Assembly: GCA_002269645.1 (NCBI GenBank)
Contig: NIVC01000251.1
Coordinates: forward strand, 620,001-684,000
Direction of reading: 5' to 3'
DNA from: Macrostomum lignano
Lineage: Eukaryota
DNA length: 64,000 nucleotides
Position 1 is the stretch's first letter. Every line of letters begins with the position of its first letter. This document shows, piece by piece, positions 27,601 through 39,200 of this stretch. The notes beneath the pieces were generated by a model. The model was not told where the DNA came from. It saw only the letters and a program-made list of their open reading frames with translations, and ran no database searches. The position numbers and the translations under genes were made by a program.

Positions 27601-28823
27601 TTTTATAGATTCAGTATGTTTCAACTTAAAAAAATTTCTTAGGGCCTAGTTTTAAATTTATAAATAAAATAAAAATGCTTACCAATAATAGGCATTTGAG
27701 GCTTTTGAGCCTGTTGACATGTAGTTGTTGTATCTTGGATTGTAGAATCTAGCTGAACTTCACTTGTTTGAAAAAACTCATTAGAATCTTCAAAATCTTG
27801 TTGGTTGTCTTGTGCTTGAAACATTGAAGCAACATTTGGCATAGAAATAAAGCCAGATACATTACCTTGCATTTGAGCAGGTTGAATTTGCATTGATTGA
27901 CTATGACTAATTTGCAAAGCTTCACTTAGCAAAGGTTGTTGGTGATGCTCATTAGAATCACAAGCATAAATGAGATCTTGTGTTTTATAGTCAAGTTGGT
28001 CTAGAGGATCAATTGGCAATGTTGATTCAATTCCTTGATGACTAAGGTTTAACTTCATACCATCATTAGATAAAAATGATGATTCTTTACTTTCAGCCAT
28101 GGCTAGGTTAGTTGGTTGATCAATTAGAAAATCAAGGCCAGGTGTAGAAGGCCGATTCAACTGAACTTCAAACTTATCAGCTGGCATTGATGATGACATT
28201 GATGATATAGCAAATGATGGCATAGTGCCACTTGTAACAGAACTAGTAGCATTTAGGACATGGTTTTGGCTATTGTCAATAAGCTGATAGGACACAGATC
28301 TTGCATCAGCTGGCACTGATGTCAATGGCAGACTTATAGAAGAGTCTGTAACACTAGCCGCTATTGCCATTGTTGGCATGTTGCCAGGTTGCAGTTGAAT
28401 TCTAGGATTAGAAATGCTGACAATAGGAACTTGATTGCAGTTTGGCAATAGAACTGGCTGTTGTTGAATTTCTGGTTGCTGTTGAGGCTGCAATGCTGGC
28501 GCTGCTATCAGAAGCTGTCCGCCGATAGGCAGATTTGGGTCCACATTAATCAGAGCAAGAGTGACGGTCTGCTGTCCTTGTCCAGTCTGAGAGTGAGATG
28601 CGTCTACTTTTGCGTTTGGTAAACTGATAACTTGCATGAGTTGATTCATCTGATCTGAATTAAGCCCACTAGACCGAATGCAAATATTCTGCGGCACTTG
28701 AAAACTCGATTGAGAAGTTGAGGCCATTATCAACGGCTGCGAACGTACTTGCTGGGAAATACCAGCACCATAGCTGTTGGAAGCAGCAATTGATCCGTAA
28801 GAAAACAGAGAATTTATTTCCAT
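23669..28823 (-). CDS. onecut: ONECUT-class homeobox transcription factor; exons 28823-27683, 25573-25103, 24339-23669 (about 760 aa)
   Basis: Single CUT domain (EINTKEVAQRV...CRSQGTLSDLLRNPKPWSKLKSGRETFRRMWKWLQ) plus an atypical homeodomain (KKPRLVFTDIQRRTL...NYFMNARRR). Both introns are phase 1 with GTAAG donors. The exon 2 acceptor could alternatively be 25564. Confidence 0.92.
24410..24770. repeat. 21-bp GA-rich repeat (GAGATTAGAGATAGCAAGACA) and (GA)n in ONECUT intron 2
   Basis: Read directly. Confidence 0.85.
24790..25050. repeat. 23-bp minisatellite (GGGGCGATTCTGAGAATGGATCA)n in ONECUT intron 2
   Basis: About 10 copies; the sense strand carries AGAATCGCCC. Confidence 0.92.
25590..26125. 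repeat. 22-bp minisatellite (TATCTGTATGTTTATGGTAGAT)n in ONECUT intron 1
   Basis: About 24 copies. Confidence 0.93.
26131..26965. mobile_element. Non-autonomous hAT-like DNA transposon (MITE), 835 bp
   Basis: TIRs CAATGTTGGGCACCA and TGGTGCCCAACACTG (14/15 match). 8-bp TSD GGTATACT / GGTATATT (7/8). AT-rich non-coding interior. Confidence 0.8.
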
Positions 28824-29219
28824 GTCATTACATTGGCTTTGTATACAAAATTAAACACAGAGGAGCGACTGCAAATTAAAAAAAACAAGAAAGCAATAAA
28901 GTCACGGTGCTGTGCTGTTCGCGTCTTAGAAAACTTCTTCAGAATTAATGGTTATTAATGAATAACAATTCTAATTTGTAAACACATTTCGCGGAAAAGA
29001 CACTTCATATGGTCTGAAAAAAGTAGTATTTTAAACAAAGTTAAACAGTACCCAAAAATTAAAATTTTATTGAAATAAAACTTACTATGTAGGGTAATTT
29101 TAGTTCTAAAGCTTACATATATCTTTATAGATTTTATGTTAAAACGGATCGGTTAATTTTGAATGCTTTTAATCGTCAATATACTAAATCTAATCAATGT
29201 TCTATTATCGATGCAAAAC

Positions 29220-29365
29220 CAGTGGCGGCGCAGGGGGGTGGCAGCTGCCCCCGGGTGACCACAAGTCACTGCCTCAAGGTGGGTGACCACCCCACCATCC
29301 CCACGGCCCTCGAAAAGACCCTAGGAAGGGCCAGGGCAGATGGTCACCCCTTGCTATGCAACTAG
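29220..29365. mobile_element. Possible degenerate short MITE (CAGTGGCGGCGCAGGGG ... CCCCTTGCTATGCAACTAG)
   Basis: GC-rich island in AT-rich DNA with imperfect inverted ends. No TSD found. Confidence 0.35.
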
Positions 29366-29952
29366 CACCAATGATTAAAAAAGCATTTTTATAAGATTTC
29401 TCGTTTTGTAAATTCATTTTGTAGGAAGTGTGTCATAATTTGTTCGTAATTTTTCACTGTCTTAGAAAATGCATGTGTTCTAATTCAAATGTTTTTATTT
29501 GTTTAATTACGATTGGGAAGGGGCGGGTTGACCACCTAGTGGATTAAACTGATGTCTTGATGTAAAGAAAAGTTTTTATGTTTAATTTAAACTCATTTTC
29601 AAGTGTTTGCAATTTCTTAGCGACTTGGTTAGTCTACGACTCCAGCGATTTTTTGTCTTATTTTAACCATCAATACATCTTTAGTAAATCTGCATGTTAT
29701 ACATGTGGTCAAATTCCACTGAATCTTCCAACTAAACCGATTATTTCTTAGGGGTAGTTACTTAAGCGCGTTTTTGACGGTTAATTCTCTGGTAAATAAA
29801 ATAGATAACACCACAAGATAACATTCGCTCAAACAAGATAACACATTCCCCATTCCGGTTATGCAAAATGTTATCTTGTATGAATCCTGTTTGGGTGACG
29901 AAATCTTACGTTTTCTTGTTTCATGAACAAGATTCAAATAGGATTCACTGAT

Positions 29953-30187
29953 CAGGTAACAGTCGGGTAATTCATGCAAAAATCCTACAGGGAAACATCG
30001 TGTTATCCTGTTTGTTATCTTGTTTGTTATCCTGTCTGACAAAAAAAGATTCGCTGACCAGGTAACAGTCGGGTAATTCATGCAAAAATCCTACAGGGAA
30101 ACATCGTGTTATCCTGTTTGTTATCTTGTTTGTTATCCTGTCTGACAAAAAAAGATTCGCTGACCAGGTAACAGTCGGGTAATCCAT
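29953..30187. repeat. 106-bp tandem duplication (about 2.2 copies) rich in GTTATC
   Basis: CAGGTAACAGTCGGGTAAT recurs at 29953, 30059 and 30165. Confidence 0.9.
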
Positions 30188-31639
30188 GCGAAAAAAAGCC
30201 GGAAGGCATTGACATCAAATTTCGCAAGTAAAGAAGCGTATAAAAAGTTGGTGCTTCAAGATTTTATGAGTATAGCATCTATTTAACAGCAGGGTGTCAT
30301 TTGTAAGCACCTTATACAAACTAAACGGTAGCTCAACAGGAACGAAAACTTCTGGAGAACAGCGTGGCATACGTCTGAGTTTCGGGAGTCCAGTTATAAG
30401 TAGACCTACTTATACTGTGGATACCAATTGATACTACTGAATTGGTGATCTGCTGCGAGCTGGTGTACTCGCTGGTGAGATCGGACCTGCTGTACTCGGA
30501 CGCGACTCTGACGGCAGTCGACGCGTGAGCCAGACGTTTGAAAGATCGGGTCGCGTACGCGGACGGCGATTAATGAGACCACTGACGGGGGCTTGCATTT
30601 ATATGCTGGCGCAATGGAACGATTCTGCATTATTAAAGTTAAATTAAATGGCAATGGAAGGTAGTTTCTCCGAAATATACACAGTTATAAAGAAACAGTA
30701 ATGTACATACACACTCGATCGCCCAGCTCTAACAGACAGCGACGGTTCGCCGACAATCATTGCCAGATTGTACGACTGTTCACTAGTAATGTCAGCTGCG
30801 TCGATAGAATTGTCATTCGTAGCATAGTCGTCGTCCGGAATCAACTGGCTTTCGTTGATCGGCTGCTCGTAGAGCGGAGACAAGGTGAATGCTATCATCT
30901 GATGCGCCGGCTCGTGCGGCGATGGCTTCGTCGTGCAGTTGCGTCCAAGAATGCCGACTGCGCTGGAAACTCTTACATGATTGTCTTCGCAATCCCGTGT
31001 GCTAACGGTAATATCCAACCGACTTGGCGTTGCAGATGTCGCTATAGTGCGATGGACGATCGTCTAACGGCGTCATCAACTGTGTCGTTCGAAGCAGTGA
31101 CACCCTCTGGAAACAAGTGGCTGACAAGATTACCGACACTCGTAGTCTGTAACGACTACTCTCTTGACTTGATCTGCTCACGGCTGGTGCAACTGCAAAC
31201 GCCTTAGACAAACCAATGGAGCATGCACCGAAAAAAATCGGATTAGCGTCTATCTTAATAGGAAAGCTGCTTTGCATACTGGGCCAGTTAGAGCTATTTG
31301 GAACTATGCCACAGTCTCCGTCTAGACACCCAGCTGTGCCAAACAATATGGTTGGCTGACTCATGCTTCTAAGCGTCAAATATGACGATAGAATCATTCA
31401 GCCCGTTGACACACTAAGCAGCTGTGATAGACTACATGCCAGTGGAAGTCAAACCTCTCGCACACAAACAGGGCGCAACAATTTATCAACTGTCACCTGT
31501 ACGGAGGATGGGCTCAGCCTCACATTACGGATGCTACAGTGCCTCCGAAAAGCAGATCAATTCACCTTGCAATTTCGAGGCTTTATTACCCCTCGGATTA
31601 AAGATTGACCCGCGTAGTCAAATAAAATTGACTACTCTT

Positions 31640-32120
31640 AGCAGCTGCCTTGAGCCACAACAGACGCGAGGATTGATTATCCATCGCAGGTCAGCATAGC
31701 AGCTGCCTTGAGCCACAACAGAAGCGAGGATTGATTATCCATCGCAGGTCAGCATAGCAGCTGCCTTGAGCTACAACAGAAGCGAGGATTGATTATCCAT
31801 CGCAGGTCAGCATAGCAGCTGCCTTGAGCTACAACAGAAGCGAGAATTGATTATCCATCGCAGGTCAGCATAGCAGCTGCCTTGAGCCACAACAGAAGCG
31901 AGGATTGATTATCCATCGCAGGTCAGCATAGCAGCTGCCTTGAGCTACAACAGAAGCGAGAATTGATTATCCATCGCAGGTCAGCATAGCAGCTGCCTTG
32001 AGCCACAACAGAAGCGAGGATTGATTATCCATCGCAGGTCAGCATAGCAGCTGCCTTGAGCTACAACAGAAGCGAGGATTGATTACCCATCGCAGGTCAG
32101 CATAGCAGCTGCCTTAAGCC
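31640..32120. repeat. 58-bp tandem repeat (about 8 copies)
   Basis: Unit GCAGCTGCCTTGAGCYACAACAGAAGCGAGRATTGATTATCCATCGCAGGTCAGCATA. Confidence 0.95.
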
Positions 32121-33240
32121 ACAATAGACGCGAAGAGCAGTCTTATCCGTAACTTCATCGAGATTCGGGTCAATGGGAGCTGATCCCTGTGGATTTTCCG
32201 GATCACTTGGTCTAGATCACTGAGGAATTCCGACTGAACTCCCAAAATCTCATTCAGAACATTTTCATTTGGAAAACCTGAAATTTAGGTCTACAGCAGC
32301 TGTTCCAGGTTAAAAATTTTGGAAAATCCAGCCGGAACAGCTTTCCTTTTTCCCGAACTTTTGAAGGATCACATTTTCCGGAAAAGGGGGCTATTCCGGG
32401 CCAAAAATGCTGATCCGGGCCTTCACTTGGAAATCAAATAATAATTCGGGCCCGGATCACAAAATTCTGGGTGAAAAGTACAACGGGTTCTTACAGACCG
32501 GATAACACAAAGGCATCTTGATTGAAATATTTTTCCATTATCTGGTTTGCAAACCAGATTTGCATCCTGTTATCCGGCAAATTTCAGATTCACACAGGTT
32601 TCTTACAAACCAGATAACACACAGTTATCTTGATTAAAATCTTTTACTGTTATCTGTTTTTCAAACAAGATCCGACCCATGTTATCCTGTGAAATTCCGA
32701 TTCAAACAAGATCAACCAAGATAACAGAGAATTATCTGGTGGCGAATCTTGTCATGTAATCTGATTTCTAAGCAAGATTCGGGCCATATTATCTGGTGAA
32801 ATTCAGATAACTCACCACATAACAGTCAAACCCGATAACACTAAAATTACCTGGTGACGAATCTGGTGGTTTAACCAGTTTCGAACCTCAAACAAGGAAA
32901 TCGGCGTACACGAACCACATCCAATGTTTTATGTAACTTCTACAATCCTAAAATGAGCCACTACCAATGCACCATTAAATAATTTAACGATAAACACTGC
33001 ATAATTAATTACTCAATCAATGACGTGCTAATAATTACAAACAAATGCACCCACAACACGGATTAGCGTAGACAGAGTCCAGTGTATTTTTGTCTGTCGC
33101 AATATGGATGCATTTTAGATGCAAATGAATTAAAAAGGCGAATTTATAATCACTGTCGCTGCAGATTTACAAACATACATTTCTTATTAAAATTTAAATG
33201 GAATTTATTGATAGCCAATTAATTGAATTGTCCTACAAAT

Positions 33241-36200
33241 CTACCAAAGCAGCCGTTTTTCCATGATCTCCACAGTGATCCGTTTGCGGAAGTACGGCAT
33301 GTTGTCCTGAAATAAATCGGGCCAATTTTCCACTTTTTTTGATCGTGCGTAATATTCGAACATCTCTACTTTAAGTAAGATGATAAGTACCTGGCTTGAA
33401 AAAGGGTTAGTGTTCGGTTAAAGATAGATAAATTAAGGTGTCCGTGAGATTAGAAATGGTAATAATGAGATGAAGAATAGATTTAGTGATGGTAGAATTA
33501 GAGATAAGATTAGAATAGAGAATGGGTGGGATGAGAGAATAGATGAGATTAGAGATAGATGAGAATAGAGAATATAGATATACGAGAATCGAGAATGGAT
33601 GAGATTTGAGATATGAGAATAGAGAATATAGATATACGAGAATCGAGAATGGATGAGATTTGAGATATGAGAATAGAGAATAGAGATATACGAGAATCGA
33701 GAATGGATGAGATTTGAGATATGAGAATAGAGAATATAGATATACGAGAATCTAGAATGGATGAGATTTGAGATATGAGAATAGAGATATACGAGAATCG
33801 AGAATGGATGAGATTTGAGATATGAGAATAGAGAATATAGATATACGAGAATCGAGAATGGGTGAGATTTGAGATTTGAGAATAGAGAATGGGTGGGGTG
33901 AGAGAATAGATGAGATTAGAGCTTGGTGAAAATAGAGAATGTATGAGATTAGAGATGCACGAGATGGGAGAATGGGTGAGATTAGACAGTTGAGAAAAGA
34001 CAATGGGTGAGATGAGAGTTCTAGAGGACAAGAAACAGTTTTTACGAACCAATTAGACTCTAAAAAAACACAACCAACCTGACTAAACGTGAAGTCCTTC
34101 TGCTTGCAATAGTAATCGGCAAATTTGCAGGTGAACACACCACAGTCTGATCCGTTCTCTTGTTGCGGAGCGCCAGTCTCGCGGATCAGCTGATAATCAG
34201 ACAGGTCGGGCAATGCAGTTCCGGATTTCTTGTCTCGATGCTCGTCTGCCAAGTACTGTCGCATCAGGGGCAAGCAGCTGGCGCCGCCGCCCATTGACAG
34301 GCTGTCAAGATAGATGATGTTGCGGCAGCGCAGGTCAACGATGCACAGAGTCCAGTGGTTGTTGTGCAGGTGGACGGGACAGAGAAGGATGTCGCAGCTG
34401 AATATGTCCACCTGATGGAGGTAATTAACATTTTCTTACCTATCCGATATTATACTGATAGTTCATTGAGAATCAAATAAGCTCAGAAACCGGGAATCTC
34501 CTACTCAGACAACAGGAATCCCTGAAAAGACACCAGGAATCCCTGAAAAGACACCAGGAATCCCTAATTCATATATGAAGAATTCCAAAATCAAATACAG
34601 GGAATCCTCAACCCAGATTCAGGGAATCCCCAACCCACGTACAGGGAATCCCCAAACCAGATACAGGGAATCCCCAACCCAGATACAGGGAATCCTCAAC
34701 CCAGACACAGAGAATCCCCAACCCAGACATAGGGAATCCCAACCCAGACAGGGAATCCCCAAATTAAATTCAGGGACTCCCCAACCCAGACACCGGGAAT
34801 CCCTAACTCAGACACAGGGAATCCCCAACCCAGACACAGGGAATCCCCAACTCAGACACTGGGAATCCCCAACTCAGACACTGGGAATCCCCAACTCAGA
34901 CACTGGGAATCACCAACTCGGACACAGGGAATCCCCAACTCAGACACTGGGAATCCCCAACTCAGACACTGGGAATCCCCAACTCAGACACAGGGAATCC
35001 CCAACTCAGACACTGGGAATCCCCAACTCAGACACTGGGAATCCCCAACCCAGACACAAGGAATCCCCAAACCCAGACAAAAGGAATCCCCAACTCAGAC
35101 ACAGGAAATCCCCAACTCAGACACAGGAATCCCCAACCCAGACACAAGGAATCCCCAACTCAGACACAGGGAATCCCCAACTCAGACACAGAAAATCCCC
35201 AACCCAGACACAGGGAATCACCCAACCCAGACACAAGGAATCCCTAACCCAGACACAGGGAATCCCCCAACCCAGACACAGGGAATCCCCCAACCCAGAC
35301 ACAGGGAATCCCCAACCCAGACACAAGGAATCCCCAACCCAGACACAAGGAATCCACAAACTAGATTCAGGGAATCCCCAACCCAGACACAGGGAATCTC
35401 CAACTCAGACACAGGAAATCCCCAACCCAGACACAGGGAATCCCCAACTTAGACACAAGGAATCCCCAACTCAGACACAGGGAATCCCCAACTCAGACAC
35501 AGGGAATCCCCAACCCAGACACAGGGAATCCCCAACCCAGACAAAGGGAATCCCCAACCCAGACACAGGGAATCCCCAACCCAGACACAGGGAATCCCCA
35601 ACCCAGATACAAGGAATCCCCAACCCAGACACAAGGAATCCACAAACTAGATTCAGGGAATCCCCAACCCAGACACAGGGAATCCCCAAATCAGACACAG
35701 GGAATCCCCAACTAAGACACCGAGAATCCATAACCGGTAAGTAACTAATCATAGCAATTAATCCATACCTTCCGAGTCCACCGTCTAACAGACGCGTAGC
35801 CGCTAGACGACAGTTTAGTATAAAAGAACGTAGAGAACGCGTGCACTTTAGGCAGACCCAGCTGTTCATCAGCCGACCTGGCCGCAATCAGCTGCATATA
35901 AAAATTCACAATATTATCATTCAGCCAGTTTAATCCGGCCAACGATCTCAGCTCTTCCCTAGTGACTCGCAGGCTAAATCCTTCGTCTAGAACTTCCGAG
36001 CTAGGCAGCTGGCGAGACCAGGCTCGTTCAACTAGCTGCAGCTGGGCCTCGGTTAGGTCGGGAAATTCTTCCTCTTCTTCATCAGCTGCCGGCGGCGGAG
36101 TCGGCGGCGGCTCCTCGTACTGATAGGGCAAGACTGGCAGCTCGCGTTCGGCTAGTTTGAGATTGCGAGTCACCCTGGCAACCAGGTCGCGCTCATCCGC

Positions 36201-39200
36201 TTCTCGCTGCATGGTTTGATTGACGATTAGGGATTAGTGAATATCTACGTTAATCCTATGGGATTAGGATTGGATTGGGGAATAATTACAGTAATCCAAT
36301 GGGATTAGGATTGGATTGGGAAATAATTACAGTAATATAATGGGATTAGGATAAGGATTAAAGAATATCCACGCTAATCCAATGGGATTAGGATTGGATT
36401 AGGGAATATCTATGCTAATCCAATGGGATTAGGATTGGATTAGAGAATATCGATGCTAATCCTTTCGGATTAGGATTGGATTAGGGGATATCTATGCTAA
36501 TCCTTTCGGATTAGGATTGGATTAGGGAATATCTACGTTAATCCTATGGGATTAGGATTGGATTAGTGAATATCTACGTTAATCCTATGGGATAAGGATT
36601 GGATTAGTGAATATCTACGTTAATCCTATGGGATAAGGATTGGATTAGTGAATATCTACGTTAATCCTATGGGATTAGGATTGGATTAGTTAATATCTAC
36701 GTTAATCCTATGGGATTAGGATTGGATTAGGGAATATCTACAGTAATCCAATGGGATTAGGATTGGATTAGGGAATATCTACGTTCATCCTATGGGATTA
36801 GGATAAGGATTAAAGAAAATCTACGTTTTTCCTATGGGATTGGATTAGAGAATATCTACACTAATCATATGTGATTAGGATTGGATTAGATAATATTTAT
36901 GTTAATCCATTCGGATTAAAATTAGATTAGAGAATTAGAGAACTACACGATCTTTGAGTTTTACATACTGTAATACTACAGTGGTCGTTGTGCCAATAAC
37001 AAGACTATAGTAGGAATAAATTGTAAATGCGCTCGCAATAACACTCATAATAACTCACTCTTTTAGCCCAATACTGCATCTTTAAATTCTCTTCGGTCTC
37101 GACGCGTTGCATGTAGGATTTTAACGACTGAGACGAGGTCTTGCTGCAGAAGAATCAAGGGTAGCCAATATTTAATAGCAAAAAAGTGCACGATGCAATT
37201 CTCAGAAACCTCCAAATTCTCTCTAAATAACAGGCTTACATATCGTTTAACCAATCAGGCGATAAATATTTGCACGGCGAGATGATATCGGCCACTGACT
37301 TCGGCTCCTCGATTGAAGTGATGACGCAATCTTCGTCATCGTCGGCTGAGGGGCGTTTAGAGGAGGGCGATTCTCAGGTGAGATTGAGTTCGATTCTTAG
37401 GTGAGACTGAGTGATGGTTCTCAAGTGAGATTGAGAGACGATTCTCAGGTGAGATTGAGAGGCGATTCTCAGGTGAGATTGGGGGCGACTCTCAGGTAAG
37501 ACTGAGGGTCGATTCTAAAGTGAGATTGGGGCGACTGTCAGGTGAGAATGAGAAGCGATTCTCAAGTGAGATTGAGGAACTATTCTCAGGTGAGATTGAG
37601 AGGCGATTCTCAGGTGAGATCGGGGCGACTCTCAGGTAAGACTGAGGGTCGATTCTCAGGTGAGATTGGGGGCGATTCTCAGTGAGATTGAGGGACGACT
37701 CTGAGGTTAGATTGAGGAACTATTCTCAGGTGTGATTGAGAGGCGATTCTCAGGTGAGATTGAGAGGCGATTCTCAGGTGAGACTGAGGTTCGATTCTCA
37801 GGTGAAATTGGGGGCGACTTAGACTTAGACTTAGCTGCAGGGCTGACTTAGACTTAGCTGCAGAGAATGAGAGGCGATTCTCAGTGATATTGAGGGACGA
37901 CTTTGAGGTTAGATTGAGGAACTATTCTCAGGTGTGATTGAGAGGCGATTCTCAGGTGAGATTAAGAGGCGATTCTCAGGTGAGACTGAGGGTCGATTCT
38001 CAGGTGAAATTGGGGGCGACTTAGACTTAGACTTAGCTGCAGGGCTGACTTAGACTTAGCTGCAGAGAATGAGAGGCGATTCTCAGTGAGATTGAGGGAC
38101 GACTCTGAGGTTAGATTGAGGAACTATTCTCAGGTGTGATTGAGAGGCGATTCTCAAGTGAGATTAAGGGGCGATTCTCAGGTGAGAATGAGAGGCGATT
38201 CTCAAGTGAGATTGAGGGGCGATTCTGGGGTTAGATTGAGGAACTATTCTCAGGTGAGATTGAGAGGCGATTCTCTGGTGAGACTGAGGGTCGATTCTCA
38301 GGTGAGATTGGGGGCGACTTAGACTTAGACTTAGCTGCAGGGCTGACTTAGACTTAGCTGCAGAGAATGAGAGGCGATTCTCGGGTGTGATTGAGAGGCG
38401 ATTCTCAGGTGAGATTAAGGGGCGATTCTCAGGTGAGAATGAGAGGCGATTCTCAAGTGAGATGGAGGGGCGACTCTGGGGTTAGATTGAGGAACTATTC
38501 TCAGGTGAGATTGAGAGGCGATTCTCAGGTGAGACTGAGAGTCGATTCTCAGGTGAGATTGGGGGCGACTTAGACTTAGACTTAGCTGCAGGGCTGTCCC
38601 GGGGAGACACAGTGGGAAGGCGCGAACGCCTATTTGGGGCGACTCTCAGGTGAGAATGAGAGGCGATTCTCAGTAAGATTGAGGGTCGACTCTGAGGTTA
38701 GATTGAGGAACTATTCCCAGGTGTGATTGAGAGGCGATTCTCAGGTGAGATCGGGGCGACTCTCAGGTGAGATTGAGAGGCGATTCTCAGTGAGATTGAG
38801 GGACGACCCTGAGGTTAGATTGAGGAACTATTCTCAGGTGTGATTGAGAGGCGATTCTCAGGTGAGATTAAGGGGCGATTCTCAGGTGAGATTGAGAGGC
38901 GATTCTCAGTGAGATTGAGGGACGACCCTGAGGTTAGATTGAGGAACTATTCTCAGGTGTGATTGAGAGGCGATTCTCAGGTGAGATTAAGGGGCGATTC
39001 TCAGGTGAGATTGGGGGCGATTCTCAAGTGAGATTGAGAGGCGATTCTCAGGTGAGATTGAGAGGCGATTCTCAGGTGAGATTGGGGGCGACTCTCAGGT
39101 AAGACTGAGGGTCGATTCTCAAGTGAGATTTGGGCGACTCTCAGGTGAGAATGAGAGGCGATTCTCAAGTGAGATTGAGGGACGACTCTGAGGTTAGATT

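Noticed and set aside
31640-32120. CRISPR array
   Set aside because: Units are contiguous near-identical 58-mers without unique spacers, in a eukaryotic context with no cas genes. The same applies to all other arrays.
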